Made by a program: the position numbers and the translations under genes. DNA of 54,676 nucleotides from Puniceicoccales bacterium. Lineage in GTDB: Bacteria; Verrucomicrobiota; Verrucomicrobiia; Opitutales; LL51. Of this stretch, positions 19,056 to 26,400 are shown one piece after another (position 1 is the first letter of the stretch; every line of letters begins with the position of its first letter). The stretch lies in contig JAITJQ010000078.1 in the NCBI GenBank assembly GCA_031278845.1, positions 1 to 54,676 on the forward strand, in the 5' to 3' direction. The notes beneath the pieces are model-generated. The model had not been told where the DNA came from. It ran no database searches and saw nothing but the letters and a program-made list of their open reading frames with translations.

Positions 19056-19083
19056 GATCCAGGATTTTTCCTGGGTCTTTTTG
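19056..19083 (+). terminator. rho-independent terminator of the sctD-sctI operon
   Basis: GATCCAGGA tttt TCCTGGGTC (9-bp stem including one G-T, 4-nt loop) followed by TTTTTG, 27 nt after the sctI stop. Confidence 0.7.
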
Positions 19084-19333
19084 TTATCCGTTGCCTAGGG
19101 TTTTATTTTCAGATCGAATGGTATCGAAGGCAATGGGCGAAGCGAATCAAGGTATGTAGAGATATTAATAAAACCAAAATCCCTGGAAATTTTACCGGAA
19201 TTTTGGTTGCATTGATTATGTTTATATTGGGGATGTGAAGTAGCAATAATTGCGTGCAAAAGCCAGGGAATGGATTAAAAAAACGTAATGAAGCTTTTTC
19301 AATCGGGTAATTTGGATAGAGTTGATTTAGCCT

Positions 19334-20026
19334 TCATTCCGCTGGTGGTGGATTTGCTGCTGGTGGCTGGGGCTGGGATTGCCCCCCTAAGTGTCGCTTG
19401 AGTTCCTCTGGTGTTTGTCTATTTAAGCGTTCTTTGAGTTCGTCCAATACACCTCGTCGCGATTCGTCGGTTTGTATGTCGAGCGGATCTAATTCTCTGG
19501 GAGTGGATGTTACCGTTGGGGGAGGAGTAGCAGGTGGCTCATCGGGGAATGTTACGTGTGGACGATTTTTAGGTTTCGGGTTTTCCTGTGGTACCGTAAC
19601 GCTTTTTTCCGGGCTTGACGCTTTCTCTTTGGCGAGCTCTGGGATATTTTCTCGTAATCTTGATCCGATAGCTTCTTCATTAGAAAGCTGCTTGGTTTCA
19701 AATCTCATGAGCAACTTTGCTCCTTCGGTGGAAACCGTATAAAAATTTTCGCTATTTAGGGGATTCAGTAATTTTTGGTTCACCGCTTCCTCGGGACTCC
19801 CAATGGAGCGCTCTTTTTGAGTGGCTTTCCCGCCGGCTTCATAGACATTTATTTTTGTTTTATTCAAGAAACGGAGAAAGGTATGTTTCTTCTCCTTTTC
19901 TGCTACTATGATGTAGGCTTTTCCATTGGCATGGGAAAGGAAGGGGACACCTTCCTGAATGTTTCCCTTTTTAACACCCTGTGTGAAATTATATATATCA
20001 CGAGCTAAATTATTAATGGCATCCAT
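19334..20026 (-). CDS. hypothetical protein with Pro-rich C-terminal half (candidate secreted or effector protein)
   Basis: 230-aa ORF with no Sec signal. C-terminal PDEPPATPPPTVTSTP and QPQPPAANPPPAE. Adjacent to the T3SS locus. Confidence 0.5.
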   Translation of the reverse strand: MDAINNLARDIYNFTQGVKKGNIQEGVPFLSHANGKAYIIVAEKEKKHTFLRFLNKTKINVYEAGGKATQKERSIGSPEEAVNQKLLNPLNSENFYTVSTEGAKLLMRFETKQLSNEEAIGSRLRENIPELAKEKASSPEKSVTVPQENPKPKNRPHVTFPDEPPATPPPTVTSTPRELDPLDIQTDESRRGVLDELKERLNRQTPEELKRHLGGQSQPQPPAANPPPAE

Positions 20027-20142
20027 GGTTGAATCGTAATCAGTTCCGCGAAATTGTAAAGCGAAAATATTATTTTTATCATGCTAATTTATGAGTAAAA
20101 TGGCTTGCAATTCATTTTTTGGTTTCAGAATGAAGCACTTAG

Positions 20143-20219
20143 GCGCCTCTAGCTCAATTGGATAGAGCATCTGACTACGGATCAGAAGGTTGCAAGTTCG
20201 AATCCTGCGAGGCGCGCCA
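20143..20219 (+). tRNA. tRNA-Arg (anticodon ACG), CCA encoded
   Basis: Hand-folded cloverleaf: acceptor GCGCCTC/GAGGCGC, D arm GCTC..GAGC, anticodon stem TCTGA/TCAGA with loop CTACGGA, T arm GCAAG TTCGAAT CCTGC (one mismatch), discriminator G, then CCA. Confidence 0.85.
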
Positions 20220-20464
20220 AAATAAAAAACTCTTTGCTTTCCAAGGAATTCCGTAATGGGTTGTAGGGTAAGTGTGATGTTACCGGATAGCTCTAGGGGC
20301 GTGGTGGATTCATCAGTGCTTCGTATTATTTTTCCATTTCTTGGCACATTTTTTGGTATTCTTCCGGATTAACCTGCGATGTCCTGCATAGCTTGGAGGG
20401 TAGGAATGTTTGTTTTGAGGTCATTCATGATATTCTCGTCCCTTGACCTTTTAGTTGTCGGAGT

Positions 20465-20989
20465 TTATGGGGTACCCATTGACGCAGTCGGAGGTGATGG
20501 CGGTTTCTGTTTCCTTTCCGATCGTTTTTTTAATTCTTCTGCTACGTTTCCTTCAACTTTCCGTTGTGTTGGAGATTGCCGGGCAGTCGATTTTGATTGT
20601 AAGTTTAATTTTTTGTCTAATTTTCGCAGTTCAGCTTTTAGGCCCTTACCTTTGTTGAATATACATTTAATGGATATCGTTTCCGCAGTCCCAGAATCCA
20701 GTCGAACCATCTGTCCGGATGCGAGATCTTGCCCGACTTGTCTGACTTTTCGTCTTTCCGTAATACTTATAGCTGTCTCTTTTATGCCACATTTTTTTCT
20801 TAGCCAATTGCGAATGCCTTGTCCTTTGCGATGTTTGATGGTTGTTTCGGCTTTAATGTCGTAAGTTTTGTTGGCAACCGTTATGGTTAATTTTTGTTCA
20901 GTGCGCTCTTTACAGGCATGGTCTCGAACATCGGCGATTACATCGAAGGCCTCCGTAAAACTGTTGAATTGAGTTGGTGCAATACTCAT
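20465..20989 (-). CDS. hypothetical basic protein
   Basis: ORF between the two tRNA genes. Start taken at MSIAPTQFNS (ORF maximum 21016). Lys/Arg-rich with a Pro-rich tail KPPSPPTASMGTP. No family recognised. Confidence 0.45.
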   Translation of the reverse strand: MSIAPTQFNSFTEAFDVIADVRDHACKERTEQKLTITVANKTYDIKAETTIKHRKGQGIRNWLRKKCGIKETAISITERRKVRQVGQDLASGQMVRLDSGTAETISIKCIFNKGKGLKAELRKLDKKLNLQSKSTARQSPTQRKVEGNVAEELKKRSERKQKPPSPPTASMGTP

Positions 20990-21120
20990 GATTCCTATAA
21001 TAACAAAATTTTGCAAAAGACAAATGAAAATTTAATTTTTTAAAAAAGTTTTCATTGTTTGGGTGGGGTATACTTTTTACTTGATTCCCGGTGAAAAAAT
21101 ACCATAAAACAAATTCATTG

Positions 21121-21193
21121 GGGGTCGTAGCTCAGTTGGTAGAGCGCCACAATGGCATTGTGGAGGTCGTCGGTTCGAGACCGATCGGCTCCA
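21121..21193 (+). tRNA. tRNA-Ala (anticodon GGC), CCA not encoded
   Basis: Acceptor GGGGTCG/CGGCTCC with the G3:U70 alanine identity pair, D arm GCTC AGTTGGTA GAGC, anticodon stem CCACA/TGTGG with loop ATGGCAT, and T loop TTCGAGA. Confidence 0.88.
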
Positions 21194-21501
21194 CCCGTAT
21201 TTAAGGTTTTCAGAAAGCTAGCAGAAAAGAATTTGGGTGTCCTAATATATAAGCGCCCATCGTTAAGGGCGATATACCAGATGCTATTCTCCGGTCATAA
21301 TGAGCTAATGTCGTAATTCCTATGAGAGCGGCGCATTACCCAAATCTTGGCCCATATTGTTGAAGTTGTGGTAGAAAAGGTTGCATTGTGGGGCAGAGGT
21401 TGATCATTGGGAACAATGGTTTGGGGGGCCGAGTGAGAAGGTTGTGTTGTGGGGCAATGATTTTTCTTTCAATTTTTCGTGTTATCGTTACCCCTTAGTC
21501 G

Positions 21502-22737
21502 ATGGATCGCGAAAGAGTTGTGATTACCGGTATTGGGTTAACGGCGCCCAATGCGAATAATTTGGCTGATTTTCGCCATTGCTTGCTCCATGGAATTTCC
21601 CGTGTTCAGGAAATGGAGGTGCGCTATATGGGTAAATTACCGGCCGGTATCTGCAGTTTCGATCCTTTGAAATATCAGAGCAAAAAGGAGTTACGCAATG
21701 GTACGCGGGCGGGGTCCATTGGTGTTTTTTGTGCCCAGGAAGCCTTGCTTGATGCGGGTATTCAGTTGGATGCGATCGATACTGCGCGTATTGGCGTCTA
21801 CGTTGGGGTTACGGAGCACGGTAACGTAGAGACGGAGAACGAAGTTTTTAATTTGGGGCAATTCAATTACGATGTAAAATTTTGGCCGCCCCACCATAAT
21901 CCGCGGACCATCGCCAATAACCCTGCCGGAACGATTACTCTTAAACTGGGTATTCGTGGTCCCCATTATACCATTGGTGCCGCATGTGCAGCTGGAAATG
22001 CGGGATTAATCCAGGCTGTCCAGATGTTACGCCTCGACGAAGTGGATCTAGCCATTGCGGGGGGTGTGAGCGAAAGCATCTATACTTTTGGGATATTTGC
22101 TGGGTTTCGTAGTCAAGGGGCATTGGGGCATGGGGATGATCCCAACAAAGTCAGTCGGCCCTTCGACCGCGGGCGCAACGGAATTGTTATCAGTGAGGGG
22201 GGTTGTTTATTTACGGTTGAGCGCCTCGTCGATGCGCAAAAACGTGGCGCGAAAATTTACGGTGAAATCGTTGGTTACGGCATGAATACGGATGCTACCG
22301 ATGCGGTGCTTCCCAATGCAGAGCGCCAAGCGCAGTGTATTCGTCTCGCCCTGAAACGCGCCAATCTACGACCGTGGGACGTCGATATTGTCAATACTCA
22401 TGCGACATCGACGCCGATGGGGGATGTGGTTGAGTGTGAAGCGATTCGCGAGGTGTTTGGGGATACGGAAGCGACATATATTAATAATACCAAGAGTTTT
22501 ATTGGCCACACGATGGGTGCTGCGGGGGCACTGGAATTAGCTGGGAATTTACCGGCGTTTAATGACGGCTACGTTCACCCGACGATTAATATCGACGATC
22601 TTGATCCTCAATGTGTACTTCGGAATCTTGTAATTGGCGAAGCTAAGTCAATTGGGCGAGTCAAAATCATTCTGAATACCTCCTTCGGTATGTTGGGTAC
22701 GAATTCCGCCGTCATTGTGAGAAAATTCGAATTATAG
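21502..22737 (+). CDS. beta-ketoacyl synthase (KAS I/II family), second, stand-alone copy
   Basis: RVVITGIGLTAPNA N-terminus. Catalytic context GAACAAGN (Cys), NTHATSTPMGD (His), GHTMGAAG (His). No ACP or other fab gene is adjacent. Confidence 0.8.
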   Translation: MDRERVVITGIGLTAPNANNLADFRHCLLHGISRVQEMEVRYMGKLPAGICSFDPLKYQSKKELRNGTRAGSIGVFCAQEALLDAGIQLDAIDTARIGVYVGVTEHGNVETENEVFNLGQFNYDVKFWPPHHNPRTIANNPAGTITLKLGIRGPHYTIGAACAAGNAGLIQAVQMLRLDEVDLAIAGGVSESIYTFGIFAGFRSQGALGHGDDPNKVSRPFDRGRNGIVISEGGCLFTVERLVDAQKRGAKIYGEIVGYGMNTDATDAVLPNAERQAQCIRLALKRANLRPWDVDIVNTHATSTPMGDVVECEAIREVFGDTEATYINNTKSFIGHTMGAAGALELAGNLPAFNDGYVHPTINIDDLDPQCVLRNLVIGEAKSIGRVKIILNTSFGMLGTNSAVIVRKFEL

Positions 22738-23248
22738 GTGGGAAACTTTTATTATTTTTATTATTTTTCCGGAAATGGATTTGCTATGGGAAGATAAGCT
22801 CCAAAGAGGCAGTATTGCTCTGGTATTGGTCGCCGTTTGCGGAAGCAATCGCTAGGCAATCGATATCGATACGGGGGATCAATTGGCTAAAATGGGTTCC
22901 ATGTGGGCGTTTCGTACGTTGCCGTGCAATGCCCAATCGCAGCCCAAAAGAATGGAATTTTGCGGAAAATTTCACTAATCATTCTCATCGTATTGATAAT
23001 ATTGGCGAAATTATCTTTTCCGTTGAGGTATTTTTATTATTTTTCGCTTAATATTTTGCAAAAGCAAAAGTTATCTATCCGTTATCGCCAAGTTTATTTA
23101 TTTATCCAATAATCTCTTGTGTTACCGGTATTTTCCGAATCCGTTTGGCAACTCATTTTAATATTTAACCTTCGACGGTGGGGAAATTCTGAAAATTCCA
23201 GACTTCCCCTATTATTTATGAAGTGATTTATTGCTTTCAGATAATTTA

Positions 23249-24460
23249 TTAAAGGGAGAGATTGATTCCCAATGTGCACGATGCGATTTGCATATTTTTC
23301 TCAATAGTTTCCCAGTAAGGTTCTGTTGAACTATTGTGAGACATTGAACGCATCATTAGGGGTGTTTGAATTAATAATTCTTTTAGTTCGTCCTTTTTTT
23401 GTTCAGTTGGCTGTTGAGTTAGCAGGTGTGTAGCCACAGAAACTATTCCATCCATGGCTCGAACGGAAGCGTATCTTCCTTTTCCGCCTAAGCCTTCACG
23501 GCTAACCTGGTATAACTCTCCTTCTATCCGCTCTAAAACGTCAAGGGCCTTTTCATCGGATTGGGGAACGTTCTTCTTGAGATAGGTAAGGGCTTGCCGC
23601 ATCTTATCGAGAATTTTTCGTTCATGGTCTTCCAATTTATCTTTTCGTCCCCTGACCGTTTCAAAAATCGTGTGATTTGAGCATTGCAAGATTATGGGAA
23701 GATAAGCTCCATTAGACGAATAACGTTTTTTTGATGTTTTCTGCCGTTTAGGTGGTTGATTAGCGAGACTTTGTGATGCTTGACTTTGTGATGCTTGTGT
23801 TTGATTAGGTGGATTACTCCTAGTCCAATTATATGTTGTAGTTATGGGCCATTCAGGCGCAACAGTTGGCTGTCTAGATGCACCCGTGGGCCGTTGTGTA
23901 TCCGTGGGCCGTTGTGCACCCGTGGGCCATTGTGTATCCGTGAGCCGTTGTGTAGCCGTTAGCTGTCTAGATGCACCCGTGGGCCATTGTGTATCCGTAA
24001 GCCGTTGTGTAGCCGTGGGTCGTTGTGTAGCCATAAGCCATTGTGTATCCGTGAGCCGTTGTGTAGCCGTTGGCTGTCTAGATGCACCCGTGGGCCATTG
24101 TGTATCCGTAAGCCGTTGTGTAGCCGTGGGTCGTTGTGTAGCCGTGGGTCGTTGTGTAGCCATAAGCCATTGTGTATCCGTGAGCCGTTGTGTAGCCGTG
24201 GGGCGTTGTGTAGCCATAAGCCATTGTGTATCCGTAGGCCGTCTAGATGCACCCATAAACTGTCCAGAAGATACAGACCTAAACGATTTAGGTGCAACCG
24301 CAGACCATCTAGTCATGACCGTGGACTGTCTAGATACACCCGCGCGCCGTTGAGGTGCCTTTGATGCGTTTTGACCGTGATTTCCGCCAGTTGCGGCACA
24401 ATGCCCCATCATAGCTCCATAGAGCATGATCATGTAAAGATTTTTGTTGGTTTTTTTCAT
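23249..24460 (-). CDS. secreted repeat protein: signal peptide + ~21 degenerate hexapeptide repeats (TQRPTA / TQRLTD / TQWLMA / TQWPTG) + Q/S-rich linker + ~190-aa helical C-terminal domain
   Basis: Start taken at MKKTNKNLYMIMLYGAMMGHCAATGG (Sec-type signal; ORF maximum 24472). The repeats are read directly from the translation. No family recognised. Confidence 0.6.
   Translation of the reverse strand: MKKTNKNLYMIMLYGAMMGHCAATGGNHGQNASKAPQRRAGVSRQSTVMTRWSAVAPKSFRSVSSGQFMGASRRPTDTQWLMATQRPTATQRLTDTQWLMATQRPTATQRPTATQRLTDTQWPTGASRQPTATQRLTDTQWLMATQRPTATQRLTDTQWPTGASRQLTATQRLTDTQWPTGAQRPTDTQRPTGASRQPTVAPEWPITTTYNWTRSNPPNQTQASQSQASQSLANQPPKRQKTSKKRYSSNGAYLPIILQCSNHTIFETVRGRKDKLEDHERKILDKMRQALTYLKKNVPQSDEKALDVLERIEGELYQVSREGLGGKGRYASVRAMDGIVSVATHLLTQQPTEQKKDELKELLIQTPLMMRSMSHNSSTEPYWETIEKNMQIASCTLGINLSL
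23861..24253 (-). repeat. 18-bp (hexapeptide) degenerate tandem repeat array inside the CDS
   Basis: Units such as ccgttgtgtagccgtggg or ccattgtgtatccgtgag are iterated about 21 times, with a higher-order pattern of about 54 bp. All six frames are open across it. Confidence 0.85.
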
Positions 24461-24704
24461 AACAATTTCCATAGTAGCATAATTATTTTGATGTCAAGAA
24501 TTTTTTTGGTTTTTAAGTAATTTATTATCAATAAATGCAGCAATCTGGAAGATTAGGGTAAAATACGTAAAATTTCCGCAATAGATGTGGTGGGATTTAT
24601 CAGAAAAGCAAAAATAATATTAAATATTTCCCGGAATATATTGGTGATTGATTTTGCAATTGTTGTCAAAATGGGAGTATAGGAAGTACGAATCGGAATA
24701 GATT

Positions 24705-25643
24705 TTACAATATATAACACTGGGCTCGATCTTCCGTTAGAATGTTTATGATTTCTACTGCAAATTGTACATTTCTTCTAATCGCTTCAGCTGCATTTTC
24801 CCCGTAAATTGGGTATTTTTTTAGTTCTTTACGAATGTCTGTTATGGCCGTATCGTCGGAATATTCACTGTCGAATAATTTTCTTATGAAAAGTTCTATT
24901 TTAGGGAGGTCATGTTGAAAAGCGAAGTCTGCAAATTCATTTAATTTTTTGTCGGTTTCTTTATTATTGTCGGAATATGTCGAATGCCAGCGGTAAATGA
25001 GAAAAAGGGCTATGGCCTCGAGGTTTTCCATTTCGATGGCGTACTCAATCCATAGAACTTGTCTTGTACTGAAAAACCGACCGATGGTGGTGTAGCATTT
25101 ATTTTCGAGTGTACTTACATTATATTTTCTTTTGGCTTTTTTAAAAACTTCCATACCACTTGCTTTGATTTCTTCGCGTACGGGATTGCCGATTTCGTTA
25201 TCTAAAATTCGCGCTAATGTGGGGAGGTCATGATTTTTTATGGCATAGCGTATCGATTGATCAGTTGCGAAGTATTTCATTTTTACGTCCGTTTCAAAAT
25301 GTAAAATCATAAAGAAATTATCTGTAAATAGTTTTATTAAATCATCCGGTATTTCCGAATTTTCTCCCAATTGTGCACGGAATTTTGCTGTTAATAGTTC
25401 TATTATTTCCGAATTTTTGTCATCTTCGTCGTTTGAAGGATCAGCTTCCGCTTGGGGAACTGATTCAGGAGTGGAATCTGGATCTTCCGCTACCGAAGGA
25501 CTAGGAGATACTCCGTCAGCTTCCGCTTGGGGAACTGATTCGGGGAGGAAATCTGGATTTTCCGTTGCCGAAGGACTAGGAGATATTCCACATGTTGTCC
25601 AACCAATAATTAGTTTTAATAAATTCCATTCCATATATTTCAT
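24705..25643 (-). CDS. hypothetical exported protein with duplicated 25-aa acidic Pro/Ser module
   Basis: Hydrophobic N-terminus MKYMEWNLLKLIIGWTTCG, followed by SPSPSATENPDFLPESVPQAEAD and SPSPSVAEDPDSTPESVPQAEAD, then a helical ~230-aa domain. Confidence 0.55.
   Translation of the reverse strand: MKYMEWNLLKLIIGWTTCGISPSPSATENPDFLPESVPQAEADGVSPSPSVAEDPDSTPESVPQAEADPSNDEDDKNSEIIELLTAKFRAQLGENSEIPDDLIKLFTDNFFMILHFETDVKMKYFATDQSIRYAIKNHDLPTLARILDNEIGNPVREEIKASGMEVFKKAKRKYNVSTLENKCYTTIGRFFSTRQVLWIEYAIEMENLEAIALFLIYRWHSTYSDNNKETDKKLNEFADFAFQHDLPKIELFIRKLFDSEYSDDTAITDIRKELKKYPIYGENAAEAIRRNVQFAVEIINILTEDRAQCYIL
25440..25586 (-). repeat. 2 x 75-bp tandem repeat inside the CDS
   Basis: gcttccgcttggggaactgattc recurs at a 74-75-bp offset and encodes the duplicated PESVPQAEAD module. 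Confidence 0.8.
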
Positions 25644-25787
25644 CCAATCCAGATTTTATATTTAATTTTTTCAAGGATATTTTCGATTACTAAATTGAGT
25701 ATTTTAAGCTCGCAGACGATTCAGAAATAAACTAAACATTTCCCGGAACTGAGAATTAATCCGTTAGGCGATTTGAACGGCCACTTT

Positions 25788-25943
25788 TTAATTTTCAGCT
25801 ACTACCTCCCCGAGCACATCATTTACAATTTGTTCCAGTTCTACAATTGAGAGTGCCTTCGGTTGATCCATTAGCCCAATCTCTCGAATTAACTCCGCCA
25901 TCGGGGATACAATCTTAGCCATTGCTCTTTTCTTTTCAATCAT
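25788..25943 (-). CDS. small hypothetical ORF (51 aa), speculative
   Basis: MIEKKRAMAKIVSPMAELIREIGLMDQPKALSIVELEQIVNDVLGEVVAEN. Its ATG overlaps the stop of the upstream 59-aa ORF (ATGATTGA). It is below the ORF-track size cut-off. Confidence 0.25.
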   Translation of the reverse strand: MIEKKRAMAKIVSPMAELIREIGLMDQPKALSIVELEQIVNDVLGEVVAEN

Positions 25944-26115
25944 TATTTTTCCACATCGAATATGGATGCTCTCTTTTCTCGATTATCGTTGGTTTAGATT
26001 GGCCGGTAGCTTGTTTTTTTTGATCTAATTCTTCGTTTGAGCCTGTTGCCAGAAGATTAGAAGATAATATTCCCATACTTCCTAAAACAACTGATTTTAA
26101 TAGTTTTGTATCCAT
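25936..26115 (-). CDS. small hypothetical ORF (59 aa) with signal-like N-terminus, speculative
   Basis: MDTKLLKSVVLGSMGILSSNLLATGSNEELDQKKQATGQSKPTIIEKREHPYSMWKNND, translationally coupled to the 51-aa ORF. Confidence 0.25.
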   Translation of the reverse strand: MDTKLLKSVVLGSMGILSSNLLATGSNEELDQKKQATGQSKPTIIEKREHPYSMWKNND

Positions 26116-26221
26116 TAAAGTGCCATATCGTATAATTTATTTCCCAAGTCAAGCTTTTTTTAGGTTAATATTTGAAATCATTATTCGGGGTCTAAGATTG
26201 GTTATCGGAGAGTAGGATAAT

Positions 26222-26385
26222 GGCGGAAATACTCGAAGCCGAGGCGGGAAAAACTAGCAGTGCAAAAGTCGTTACGCCGACTGTCCGCGGATCCAGGGTT
26301 CAAGCAAAACGCAGCCTCAAAAAGCGTTGGAGCATCGCACAATCCCGTTACTTGCCGCGTTTGCACCTGACCTGCTCGCACTATG
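26222..26385 (-). pseudogene. decayed, frameshifted duplicate of the 3' end of the adjacent MFS transporter gene
   Basis: About 160 bp aligns by eye with 26450-26610. For example, cgttacgccgactgtccgcggatcc matches cgttacgccgactgcccacggaccc, and gcatcgcacaatcccgttac matches gcatcgcgcaatcccataac. The relic ...FSRLGFEYFRHYP matches the gene's ...FSLIGFEYLQRP only after frame changes. Confidence 0.7.
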
Positions 26386-26400
26386 CTGAAATATTTTAAA

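Noticed and set aside
19038-19238. 66-aa ORF after sctI (TTG start)
   Set aside because: It contains the strong terminator hairpin of the sctD-sctI operon in its first 15 codons and has no RBS.
20084-20347. 87-aa minus-strand ORF
   Set aside because: It runs straight through tRNA-Arg (20143-20219) on the opposite strand.
23861-24253. Possible CRISPR array
   Set aside because: The repeats are contiguous 18-bp degenerate units with no unique spacers, lie inside a CDS, and have no cas genes nearby.
23844-24364. Three extra ORFs (169, 112 and 125 aa) across the 18-bp repeat array
   Set aside because: The hexameric repeat keeps every frame open. Only the minus-strand frame at 23249-24460 joins a signal peptide to a non-repetitive C-terminal domain.
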